From Malacoraja senta (taxonomy: Eukaryota): DNA of 64,000 nucleotides. The position numbers were made by a program, and so were the translations under genes. The DNA lies in contig CM075990.1 in assembly GCA_038087875.1 (NCBI GenBank), positions 16,556,001-16,620,000 on the forward strand, given 5' to 3'. Within the stretch, counting starts at the first letter, position 1. Each line of letters opens with the position of its first letter. Below, piece by piece: positions 41,664 through 52,765 of the stretch. Below the pieces are notes generated by a model. The model saw nothing but the letters and a program-made list of their open reading frames with translations, searched no databases and was not told the DNA's origin.

Positions 41664-41781
41664 CTTTGCTGCAGCCTGCAGTGCCAGAGATGCTCTCTCC
41701 CGGCCCGGCCCCGCTGTGAGAGGAGAGCTGCTGCGGGCAAACCTCGGGCCGCAACCTTTTCCTCGCCGGCTCTGCGCTCAT
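41664..41781 (-). CDS. PARG: PARG first coding exon, MSAEPARKRLRPEVCPQQLSSHSGAGPGESISGTAGCSK
   Basis: ATG at 41781, 17 nt after the acceptor. EPARKRLR resembles the human PARG N-terminal NLS (EPCTKRPR). Donor AAG|gtctgt is phase 1, as I recall for human exon 1. Confidence 0.7.
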
Positions 41782-42089
41782 ATTAATTGGGATGGCAACT
41801 GTAATGGGGTGGGTGGGTCAGGGAGGGAGGGAGGGAGGGAGGGAGGCGCCGGTGCTGCAGCAGCACCTCAGGCCGCCATGACAGACGACAACCGGCAGCG
41901 GTGGCCACCTCAAGATGGCGGCGGGCGAGGGGGCGGGCCCGGGCCCAGCGGGCATATCCCGCAAACGCGACTTTACAGAGGCGGCCCGCGGTTCAGGCGG
42001 CCGCCGGGGACGGCGGAGAGGCTCCACTACCGCCCGAACATCTTCATCGCCTCGCTAACCGCCATTTCCCACCGGCAATCCTATTTTAC

Positions 42090-42140
42090 CTGCCTTGTCT
42101 GCGTCCCCGAACGCTGTAGTTTCTCACCGTCGTGGCGGAG
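42090..42140 (-). other. PARG: PARG putative 5'UTR exon (5' boundary approximate)
   Basis: Donor CAG|gtaaaa at 42090/42089 inside the CpG island, just downstream of the CCAAT and ZNF143-type motifs. It pairs with an acceptor at 41799 (pyrimidine run, ctgac branch point, ccccattacag). Confidence 0.5.
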
Positions 42141-43442
42141 CCGGGAACCAATGGCCGGAGCTCCGCAGCGGACTACAGATCCCGGCATGCGTTGCCGGCG
42201 GCCGCACGCACCAACCAGGGAAGCGCGCATTACGTCACGGGAAGAGTGGGTGGTACCAAGCTGCAGAAACTCCAGCCATTCATAAAAAATAGAAACAGAA
42301 AAACAGGTGTAGGTCATTCGGCCCTTCGAGCCAGCACCGCCATTCAATATGATCATGGCTGATCATCCAAAATCAGTACCCCGTTCCTGCTTTTCCCCCA
42401 CATCTCTCGATTCCTTTAGCCCTAAGAGCTCTATCTAACTCTATTGAATACATCCAGTGAATTGGCCTCCACTGCTTTCTGTGATTCACAACTCTCTGGG
42501 TGAAAAACCGTCATGGCAGCAATGTTTTGTTGTTTGCATTACACACTAATGCAATGCATGCTTAAATGTCGTTGCACAACTAACACAATGCATGATTAAA
42601 TGTCCTGACACAACTAATGCAATGAATGGGTAAATGATCAGTCTGAAGAAGGATCTCGACCCGAAACGTCACGCATTCCTTCGCTCCATAGATGCTGTCT
42701 CACCCGCTGAGTTTCTCCAGATTTCTGTCTACCTTTGATTTTTCCAGCATCTGCATTTCTTTCTTAAACATGAATGGGTAAATGTCATTACACACTAATA
42801 AATGCCAAGTATAGTTAAATGTTGTTGCACAACTAATGCAATGCATGGTTAAATGAGAAGACTGGAGAATGGGGTTGAGTGGGAAAGATAGAATGGCAGA
42901 GTAGACTTGATGGGCCCAATGGCTTAATTCTGCTCCTCGAACTTATGTTGTTGCACAACTAATGCAAAGCATGGGATAAACATTGACTCAATAACATTGT
43001 ATACGACTGTGTACATCATATTATTTCCTTAATGTTATGGCCTTTAGTAAACAGGATGTTAAAATACTTTAGGTCCACACCTATAGTGCTGAGTGATGCT
43101 CTACCTGGAGCTTTTCAGTGTATTACATCCAGATCCACACAAAATTCAGGAGTAACTCATCGGATCAGGCGCCATCTCTGAAAAAAGTCACAAAAACCTA
43201 AGTAACAGCGGGTCAGGCAGCATCTCTGGGGAAAAGGAATGGGTGACATTTCGGGTCCAGACCCTTCTTCAAAATCTTTTCTCCAAAGATGGTGCCTGAC
43301 CCGCTGAGCTTTTTGTGTCTATCTTCAGTTTAAACCAAAGATCTTTGGTTTAAACCAGCAACTGGGGGTTCCATCCCACTCAGCCTCTCTGGAGAAAATG
43401 GATATGTGGCGTTTCGGCTCGGGAGTTTTTTATGATACAAAG

Positions 43443-43737
43443 AAGTCACTAATTTCAAATTAATTAATATTGTCAAACACCCATAGGTATATTTTTTTAT
43501 ACATGCAAATAAGTCACTAATTTCAAATTAGTGTATAATGTCAAACATCCATAGGTATATATTTAATATATGCAAATGTCACTAATTTCAAATTAGTGTG
43601 TGTTTTCAAGCATCTGTAGGTATGTTTTTATATTTGCAAATAAGTCAAATTAGTGTATATTGTCAAACATCCATAGGTATATATATTTATATATGCAAAT
43701 AAGTCACACATTTCAAATTAGTGTATATTGTCAAACA
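43443..43737. repeat. AT-rich tandem repeat, units of about 60-68 bp, about 4.5 copies
   Basis: Unit AAGTCACTAATTTCAAATTAGTGTATATTGTCAAACATCCATAGGTATAT..ATGCAAAT. Confidence 0.9.
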
Positions 43738-43789
43738 ATATTTTACTTATGGAAAAGTTTGAAGGTAAAATAAAAAGTTTTAAGCAGGC

Positions 43790-44050
43790 AGCAGCGTGGC
43801 CGTGCCCGAGGTGACTTGTTTGACGTGCGAGGGGTCCTTCGCCCTTTGGCAGCGCGGCGCGGCGGCGGCAGCAGAGATGGTGAGTGAGGGACGCCCGCCA
43901 TCCGCGCTCAATCCCACCCCAATCCCCGCCATCCGCCGCCACACTGCCCCGACATCGCCGCCCCTGCCCAGCACCACCCCGACCGCGGCGGGTGCCCGCT
44001 CCATTTCATCCCCAGCGTGTCGGATTGTTGGTTTTAATGTGTCCGCGGCC
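43790..44050 (+). promoter_or_regulatory. RPS24: RPS24 CpG island promoter with 5'TOP pyrimidine tract
   Basis: TCCTTCGCCCTTT at 43835-43847 precedes a short GC-rich UTR and ATG|gtgagt, the usual ribosomal-protein gene layout. Confidence 0.8.
43877..43879 (+). CDS. RPS24: RPS24 exon 1 coding part (ATG only)
   Basis: ATG followed directly by the donor gtgagt, as in vertebrate RPS24. Confidence 0.9.
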
Positions 44051-44154
44051 TAGTCATGAAGGAAGCCTGGGCCTCGGTTGCTGCTGCTGCAGACTGGAGG
44101 GGAGGGGAGAGGTGGCTGCTGATGCCCTGCCCTGCCCTTGCTGCAATCTGGGGT

Positions 44155-44435
44155 AGAGCCTGGTCTGCTGCTACTACTGCCACGTACTGGGGCAAAGCCT
44201 CGGCTACTGTTACTACTACAGACTGAGGGAGAGCCTGGTCTGCTGGTACTACTGCCACGGACTGGGGCAAAGCCTCGGCTACTGTTACTACTACAGACTG
44301 AGGGAGAGCCTGGGCTGCTGGTACTGCTGCCACGGACTGGGGCAAAGCCTCGGCCACTACTACTACTACTACAGACTGAGGGAGAGCCTGGGCTGCTAGT
44401 GTTGCTGCTGCAGCTACGGACTGGGCAGAGCCTCG
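44155..44435. repeat. Minisatellite, about 75-bp higher-order unit of 36+39 bp subunits, in RPS24 intron 1
   Basis: GAGCCTGGTCTGCTG..GGGCAAAGCCTCGGCTACT..CAGACTGAGGGA repeated about 3.5 times. Confidence 0.9.
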
Positions 44436-44730
44436 GTTGTTGGTGCCTGGCCTCATCTACTGATGCCTAGCCCTTGTTGCACACTGGGGCAGATCCTGGG
44501 ATGATGCTTCTACAGTCCGGGGGTGGGCAGAGTTGTCTGCTAGTGCTGCTACTGCCACAGACTGAGGCAGAGCTTTATTTTATGTGCTGTGTGTATTTTT
44601 TGCTTTTCACTTGGTATGGCTATATGGTATCTCAAATTTCACTGTACCTTAAATTGGTACATGTGACAATTAAATTGAATCTTGAATCTAGACTTGGCTG
44701 CTAGTGTCCTGGTGGCTGCTGATGTTGTGC

Positions 44731-45755
44731 AGTTTTGTTCTCCTAATTTGAGGAAGGACATTCTTGCTATCAAGGGATTGCAGCGTAGGTTCACCAGGTT
44801 AATTCCCGTGATGGCGGGACTGACATATGATGAATGAATGGGTTGACTGGGCTTGTATTCACTGGAGTTTAGAAGGATGAGAGGGAATCTTATAGAAACA
44901 AATAAAATTCTTACGGGATTGGACAGGCTAGATGCAGGAAAAATGTTCCCCGTGTTGCGGGAGTCTAGAACCAGGGGTCACAGTTTAAGAATAAGGGGAA
45001 GACCATACATGGTAAATGGTAGGGAATTGAAGAATGCAGGTGAACAGAGGGATCTTGGAATAACTGTGCACAGTTCCCTGAAAGTGGAATCTCATGTAGA
45101 TAGGGTGGTAAAGAAAGCTTTTGGTGTGCTGGCTTTTATAAATCAGAGCATTGAGTATAGAAGTTGGGATGTAATGTTAAAATTGTACAAGGCATTGGTG
45201 AGGCCAATTCTGGAGTATGGTGTACAATTTTGGTCGCCTAATTATAGGAAGGATGTCAACAAAATAGAGAGAGTACAGAGGAGATTTACTAGAATGTTGC
45301 CTGGGTTTCAACAACTAAGTTACAGAGAAAGGTTGAACAAGTTAGGGCTTTATTCTTTGGAGCGCAGAAGGTTAAGGGGGGACTTGATAGAGGTCTTTAA
45401 AATGATGAGAGGGATAGACAGAGTTGACGTGGATAAGCTTTTCCCATTGAGAGTAGGGAAGATTCAAACAAGGGGACATGACTTGAGAATTAAGGGACAG
45501 AAGTTTAGGGGTAACATGAGGGGGAACTTCTTTACTCAGAGAGTGGTGGCTGTGTGGAATGAGCTTCCAGTGAAGGTGGTGGAGGCAGGTTCGTTTTTAT
45601 CATTTAAAAATAAATTGGATAGTTATATGGACGGGAAAGGAATGGAGGGTTATGGTCTGAGCGCAGGTATATGGGACTAGGGGAGAATACGTGTTCGGCA
45701 CGGACTAGAAGGGTCGAGATGGCCTGTTTCCGTGCTGTAATTGTTATATGGTTAT
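44731..45755 (+). mobile_element. Two abutting CR1 3' fragments of different subfamilies in RPS24 intron 1
   Basis: ORF 44853..45680 contains the RT C-terminal motifs twice; junction near 45004. Confidence 0.9.
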
Positions 45756-45802
45756 TTAGTCAACAGTAAGTAGTTGGAATACTGTGTGATTTTGTTTAAT
45801 AA

Positions 45803-45940
<138 letters not shown>

Positions 45941-46386
45941 TAAAATGCAGGCGGTGTGGACTTTAGTGATTTTTTTTGTTCCTCCATAAATGCAAGCTTC
46001 AGGCTCTACCCATTCATTAGTTTCATTGAGTTTATTGATGTGATATCCTACTGCTTTGGCTTTGCTTGTTTTTTATCATGGGTCAGAAGTAGAGCTCTTT
46101 TCCCTTAGGTCGTCAATATTTAAATAACCAAAGTTTAGATGAACTAAGCAAAATATAAAGTGCTGGATGACCAGGAAGGAAATGGACAGGTGATGTTTTG
46201 GATCAGCATCATTCTTCAGAAGAAATGTCATCTGTTCATTCCCTCCACTGATGCGGCCTAACCTGCTGACTTCCACCAACACTTTATTGTTTTGCACAAG
46301 ATTCTAGCATCTAGTTTCCTGTGCAATTTTATGCGTAGAAGAACTGGACAGCACAAAAGAGAAAGTTTCATAATCCCAACTGCAGC

Positions 46387-46672
46387 TGGGGCAGCCCAGT
46401 GAAGCAGCGGTAGAGTTGCTGCCTTGCTGCGCCAGGTACCCAGGTTCGATCCTGACTGGGTGCAGTCTACGGAGTTCGTACCTCCTCCTTGAGAACATGT
46501 GAGTTTTCTCCGGGTGCTCCAGTTTCCTCCCACACTCCAAAGACGTACAGCTTTGAGGGTTAATTGGCTTTGGTAAATTGTAAATTGTCCCTCGTGTAGG
46601 GTAGCGCTAGTGATCGCAGGTCAGCACAGACTCGGTGGGCTGAAGGAACTGTTTCCCTGCTGTGTCTCTAAA
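46387..46672 (+). mobile_element. tRNA-derived V-SINE (HE1-like)
   Basis: A-box region, B box GTTCGATCC, V-domain-like core and CR1-like tail. Other copies at about 19640-19815(-), 28065-28330(+) and 60065-60765(-). Confidence 0.8.
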
Positions 46673-47499
46673 GTCTATCCTAATTCATTATATTCCATAT
46701 GTGCATCGGCTTCTCCCTCCACACCTCCGTTTCTGGCACTTACCTCCTCACCATCTTCCAGTCCCGCCTCAAGACCCATCTCTTCACCTCTGCATATCCT
46801 TAGTCCCATGTTCCCCTCCCGTTTGCATTTCTGTCTTACTGCTCTATTTTGTTTTGTTTATTCTTGACTCTCAATGTAAAGCGACTTTGAGTCCTGAAAA
46901 GCGCTATATAAATAAAATGTATTATTATTATTATTATTATTAGAGGCAATTTACAGGAACCAAATGTCCTCCCAGCCGGCATGTTTTTGAGATGCAGAAG
47001 GCAATACAGTCAGAGAGTGCAGACTCCTCGCTGAGAGCACCAGAGGTCGGAAATGATCCTGGATTGCCGGGGCTGTGAGGCAGCCAGTATTTGATTAGGC
47101 CTGAAACAGTTGATTCCTTATTACAAATGATTCATTAAGTTTGAGAATTGTATGGGTGTTTTCAATAATTTTGATTCTGTTGCCTTCCAAAGAAAAATGG
47201 TGGGGGGGGTGGTATTTTAAAAAGGCACCTTTGACCAGCTGTGAAGTAGGAGAGAATTGCTGCCTTTTGAAGGTAGACTATAAAGCTGCTGAAGCAGCAT
47301 CTATGGAGCGATGGAATAGGCAACATTTCGGGTTGAGACCCTTCTTCATTGCCTTTTGAGGTCATTCTTTGCCGTTTCTAACGTGTTCTCCCTTGATACC
47401 ACGCCCAACATATCTGGGCAGTTCTATACGTCTAATTCGATGTTCTTGAAATCATGATTTTTGATTCTGGTCTCACCCATTTTCTAATTTTATACATAG

Positions 47500-47772
<273 letters not shown>

Positions 47773-47775
47773 TGA

Positions 47776-47910
<135 letters not shown>

Positions 47911-48295
47911 TGAAACTGTTGGTGGCAATGAAAATTTAATCCTGCATTTTGTGTAACAATTTAGATTCTTACTCTTAGTATTGACCCTGCAGCTATCTGA
48001 TCAGCTACATCCCTATCAGCTTATCCCTGAAATCTCCATACATCCCTTGCTGTCTTCCTCCTTACCTCTTCCTAAACCTGCCTCCTTCATTAGCCTGTTG
48101 GTCCTCTGTCTTGCTATTTTTATGACTTGCTTCATATTTTGCATTGATTTGTTTTTACTATGGTTTGTTAGTTTGAAAGTGTTATTGCATTAACATTTGT
48201 TTGAAGTACCGTACTGCCATCTTGAGAACTTTGCTTTTCAGTTTTTGTCTTTCTTTTTGTTCACGTTTGCTATCTTTTTCTTCTCTGGACCACAG

Positions 48296-48298
48296 AAG
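48296..48298 (+). CDS. RPS24: RPS24 3-nt alternative microexon (AAG, Lys)
   Basis: Long pyrimidine tract, then cacag|AAG|gtaaaa. Mammalian RPS24 has a 3-nt microexon at this position. Confidence 0.75.
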
Positions 48299-49052
48299 GT
48301 AAAATTATTTGTACATGTTGGAGCTTCAGTGTTCTGTTCACCAATCACTTTAGATTTTCAACAGCTAAATAGAATCTCTAATACAAATGTGTGTTTTTAC
48401 AATTGATTGTTACAGCATGGTGCAATGTGAACATTTATCCCACTGACTCAGTTGTAAAAAAGTAGAATGGTTCTGACGATGGGCTTAAAACAATAGATAT
48501 TGGGGTGTTGCAGTGTAAGGGGTTCCTCAGCTGTGAGTCATAACCCATGATTCCTTTTGGCCCCATGCACCAAATCAATCACCTTCAGCTTTTTGGTTTC
48601 AGGACCAGGTACATTGACAGGTAATGAGTTCCACTGGTGCAAAAATCTTAGAGTTGAAGCTGTACATTTTCTGTCATTGTGGACAGCAGAAGCTCACTCT
48701 TGTGTATGGAGAGCTTGTCTCTTTTTTAGTTTCCCTAGCCTTTTTCCCCAAATCTTATCTTAGTGGTTGTGACACCTACTTCTGGAAATGGCTGCCAGGG
48801 AAGGCTATCCCTGTATTAATGTGCCCTGCTAATTCTTTCACCCCAAAAAAGAATCTGGCAGCATGCTAAATGTGTGACTAGTGGAACTTTGTCAACTAAA
48901 ATAGTTGGCAGGTGTTGCTTTTTGCGGTGAATTTTGATGCTCTTAACTGTTTGCCAACTTCTGTTTTTTAGATTGATTTATTTGACTTGTTCCTGTATAA
49001 CATTAACTTTGTTTTGCCTCTTTTTAATGCTCTTATGGAATATGTCCTTCAG

Positions 49053-49072
49053 AAATGAAGCATCGGTGGCAG
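49053..49072 (+). CDS. RPS24: RPS24 20-nt alternative exon (AAA TGA, K-stop)
   Basis: ccttcag|AAATGAAGCATCGGTGGCAG|gtactg. Resembles the mammalian 18-nt exon AAATGAAG..GCAG. Confidence 0.75.
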
Positions 49073-50868
49073 GTACTGACGCCTATGCATGAGTGTGATG
49101 ACCCGCACAGTACGTGACTGATTTGCGTTGCTCAATGTTGCTCCACTTGATGTCTTGCATGCTGTTTTTCTAATGGGATTGGTGGTGGTTTCTGATCAAA
49201 GCCAAGCGAAAAATTATCTGAAACATGTTATCGGTTGAGGCTTGAGTAGTATTGATGAGCTGCATTAATGCCCAGATAGATCCATGTTTAGTTTTCCCCA
49301 AATTATGTTAGAAGTAAAGGCCATAGTTACTACGCTGTTTGGAATTCTGAATAGTTATTACCTTATTGTCCTTGCATAACCTCTACCAAAATATCATGCC
49401 AATTCTTGCTGGTTTTGAGATAGTATGAATAAATTTGATTGGGCTACAGTTTCACTCATCAGAGGCTGGAATTGTGAATGATGCAACTTTCACAGATTTA
49501 TACAGTACAAGGCTATACCATAATTGGAGTTTAGTATAACCGTAATAGTTTTCATGCATCATGAAATTGAAGCAAATGTATCTTGTGAATTGGTATTTTG
49601 TTCAAATGGAACTCAGTTATGTTTTAATTCATATTAAAGCAAACATTTATTACGTTCCTAATTCATATAAAGCTAACATTATACTTAATATGTATAATGT
49701 TATACATAATGAGAAGAGAGAAAACTTACACCCACATATATCTACAGGCTTCCTTCTATAAAACTGAATTACACTAAAATGAAATTAACAAAATTAAGTG
49801 CAAAGAGTTGAGTGATGCAAAATAAAGATTAGAGTGAACAGAAGCTCTAGAAAGTTGGTTATATAGTGCTGATTTGTTTTAATGTGTATGGGTTTGAGTT
49901 GCTGAGGATGTACATAAAAGATATTACATGATTTTAAAAAGTTTGTGCCATTATTTTGGATAGAATACATTTGTTTGGGCCAATATAAATAGTGGAGCAA
50001 TGGTATTTTTCTGAGATTAAGGTTTATTGTGCAAATTTGTTGTGGGATGATGTTTTATAATGATCAGTTGGCGGTATGTTTAGTGGGTAGGCCACTTGTG
50101 TGAAGCCACGGAGTCGAGAGTATTTCAGTGTGGTCTGTAGCAACATGGAACACCAGCTTATCAGGCCAGTAAAAGCAAGACCCAGAGATAATATGGTGGT
50201 GGCCCGTTGTTAACGACCACAGCATGGTTGTGCAGGCCCATGTCTTGTGGGATCCAGTTGTTTTAAACGATGCTGCTATATTAAATGGTTGCGAGGGAAA
50301 GATAGATCGGCCATGATTGAATGGTGGAGTGGACTTGAGTGGCCGAATGGCCTAATTCTGCTAGAATTTATCAGCTTGTGTAGCGAAATTAATCCTGACC
50401 CTCATCTGCAGTTTGGGGTAAAATGGAATACAATTGATTTTTCATTTTAGGGACAAACTATGTGCATGCTTTATTTCAAGTTAATCTAAAAATTAATCCT
50501 GGCGTGAAATCTCATTCAAGGCTTTCAATCTTTTGCTTTCTGCTACCTTGTGTTAAATTTAATTCCGTTTAGAATGTTTTAAGGTTAACAATCATTTTCT
50601 TACAACAAATGTGTGAGCAATCACTCTTGGAGAGTTCACGTTTTGCTTCTTGTTTAAAACGCACTACAGTCTTGATAATTTGAGAATGCCATTTTCTGTC
50701 TCGCTTTTGTTTTAAATCATTGTTCTCTCCTGCAAAACTTTCAGTGCCTTAATTTGTCATGCTGGTTTTAATTATTGATTATGTGTCTGATATTGTGCAC
50801 CAGAGCTGTGACTTTGCAATTTAGATTATGATTATTATTACTAATCCAATCAATCATGTTTGTGTATA

Positions 50869-51066
50869 CAGGTGACCCCTGCGTTCAAAAACAAAACTTG
50901 CCACAATATCTATGCATGCATCAAAAAATGCATGTGGTTAAATATGACGCGATAAAATTCGCCATTTATTTTGCAATTTGTCTTCATTTAATTTTATTGG
51001 GTATCTCCGATTTTTTGATAGATTTGATTAGCCTCCATAAACTGGCCATAACATGGGGGCCACCTG
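50869..51066. mobile_element. Tc1/mariner-pogo-type MITE in an RPS24 3' intron
   Basis: TA-CAGGTGACCCC..GGGGCCACCTG-TA. Confidence 0.75.
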
Positions 51067-51167
51067 TAGTGGTATGTAGAGAAAGCATTTTCTCCAATAA
51101 ATGATGACACAGCAAGAAATATTACTCAATGTGGTTATTTTATTTTTCTACATTTTGTTCCCCATAG

Positions 51168-51196
51168 TAACGTGACTTTTGAAGGTTCCTTGAAAT
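51168..51196 (+). CDS. RPS24: RPS24 candidate 29-nt stop-first alternative exon (TAA..)
   Basis: ttttgttccccatag|TAACGTG..GAAAT|gtgagt. Positional counterpart of the mammalian stop-first 22-nt exon. Confidence 0.6.
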
Positions 51197-51406
51197 GTGA
51201 GTATTTGACTGAACTTGCTGATTGTTTCATGTTGAAGAAGTATTATTAAATGAAGTGTGGTTACTTGCTGTTTCAAAAATGTATTTCATAATTGCAAAAC
51301 TTGTAGCTTTGCTCAGTTTTTGAGGAGGCAGCCCTGCGCATGACAGAACTCTCAGATAATTGTTGTTTAAGATGCAGACTTTAATTTTATTTCTTTTCAC
51401 CAACAG

Positions 51407-51480
51407 GCTGATTTAACCATGGATCGTCATCTCTGATTATTTGTCCTCGTGCTCAAATAAATGCTATAAAAATTGGAACG
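51407..51480 (+). CDS. RPS24: RPS24 terminal exon (ADLTMDRHL-stop at 51436 if stop exons are skipped) and 3'UTR
   Basis: ttcttttcaccaacag acceptor, AATAAA at 51456-51461, GT-rich downstream element. Confidence 0.75.
51456..51461 (+). terminator. RPS24 poly(A) signal
   Basis: AATAAA followed about 20 nt later by ttgtctcttggtt. Confidence 0.75.
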
Positions 51481-52467
51481 TTGTCTCTTGGTTATATCGT
51501 GCAGATTTTTTAAATTGTGTATGGGTTTGAGTTGCTGAGGATGTACATAAAAGATATTAACTTATAATTTTAAAAAAGGTTTGTGCCATTATTTTGGATA
51601 GAATACATTTGTTCTGGCCAATATAAATAGTGGAGCAATGGTAATTTTCTGAGATTAAGGTTTATTGTGCAAATTTGTTGTGTGATGGTATTTTATAATG
51701 ATCAGTTGGCATGCAGCTTGTGGGTAGGCTACTTGTGTGAAGCCAGGGAGTCAAGAGTGATTCATTGTGGCCTGTAGCAACATGGAACGCCAGCTTATCA
51801 GGCCTGTAAATGCAAGACACAGAGATAATATGGTGGTGGCCCGTCGTAGACGACCATAGCATGGTTGTGCAGTCTTGTGTCTTGTAGGATCCAGTGTAGC
51901 TCAGGAGTCCGATACGCGAGCCACACACGGTGGGGGGGGGGGGGGGGGGCAGTGGGAGCACATGATAGCCGCTGAGGGGGGATTCGGGGCTGCAGCCTTT
52001 CCTCCTGTTTTGGGAAGCCATCGAGTCGGCTTCAGCGATTATCCTCAAAACTGCTGACCGCCTTCCTAGTGGTTGTACACCAGCCAGTCCTGTCACTGGC
52101 ATGGGTTATAATATATAGTAATCAAAACATTCAATAAATTAGTGACTGTAATATTAGGTAGTCGCAGGTCAGATTCATGGTTGCTGAGGTTAGTGTTGTG
52201 CAGTGTTCAAGAACGTGACGGTTGCTGGGAGTAGCCATTCTTCAACGTAGTGGTCATGGTTTTCCAGGGTCCTGTGGCGTCTTCCTGTTGGTACAAGCAA
52301 AATGAAAATATGGCCTGGGTGGTGTGAGTCTTAAATACTGGCTGGGACTTTTTGTTGGTTTTATTAGTTTGGGCTACATTTACTCCATCTGTTCTATAAG
52401 GAAACAAATATTCAAAAAAACTTGACTTTCACATACATTTAAGAAGAGAGTTCCAAGCACATGCATG

Positions 52468-52765
52468 CAGTGCCCTCCATAATGTTTGGGACAAAGACCC
52501 GTCGTTTATTTATTTGCCTCTGTACTCCACAATTTGAGATTTGTAATATAAATAATCACATGTAGTTAAAGTGCACATTGTCAGATTTTAATAAAGGCCA
52601 TTTTTATACATTTCGGTTTCACCATGTAGAAATTACAGCAGTGTTTATACATAGTCCCCCATTTCACGGCACCATAATGCTTGGGACACATGGCTTCACA
52701 GGTGTTTGTAATTGCTCAGGTGTGTATAAATGCCTCAATGCAGGTATAAGGGAGCTCTCAGCACC
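52468..52765 (+). mobile_element. Tc1-like transposon end fragment
   Basis: CAGTGCCCTCCATAATGTTTGGGACA terminus with internal direct repeat CATAATGCTTGGGACA at about 52672. Confidence 0.65.

Larger units (their letters stand above)
41640..42245. promoter_or_regulatory. CpG island / PARG promoter with ZNF143-type SBS, CCAAT, CRE-like and YY1 motifs
   Basis: GC- and CpG-rich. GACTACAGATCCCGGCATGC at 42171-42190, CCAAT at 42148-42152, TTACGTCAC at 42230-42238, CAAGATGGCGGC at 41911-41922. Confidence 0.75.

Noticed and set aside
40983..41786. Long Cys/Val/His/Thr-rich ORFs on both strands
   Set aside because: Translations of the TG/CA microsatellite.
41818..41955. Upstream ATG giving MPAGPG.., similar to human PARG MNAGPG
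   Set aside because: The frame stops at 41818, is out of reach of a convincing donor, and lies in the inferred UTR intron. The ATG at 41781 with the NLS fits better. It could still be a uORF if the intron is retained.
41596..42285. 229-aa plus-strand ORF in the CpG island
   Set aside because: GC-rich stop-poor sequence with no recognisable homology; not TIMM23 or POLR3A.
43443..43737. CRISPR-like array
   Set aside because: Contiguous tandem units without unique spacers, no cas genes, eukaryotic context.
44034..44470. Repetitive ORFs (QALPQSVVV / LLLLLQTEGEPG)
   Set aside because: Product of a minisatellite with unit length divisible by 3, inside RPS24 intron 1.
44853..45680. 275-aa ORF as a host gene
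   Set aside because: Chance in-frame fusion of two CR1 RT fragments.
49095..49195. Possible C/D box snoRNA (GTGATGA..CTGA..CTGA)
   Set aside because: Weak terminal stem, no recognisable rRNA guide, and only about 22 nt from a 5' splice site. A snoscan or Rfam search would settle it.
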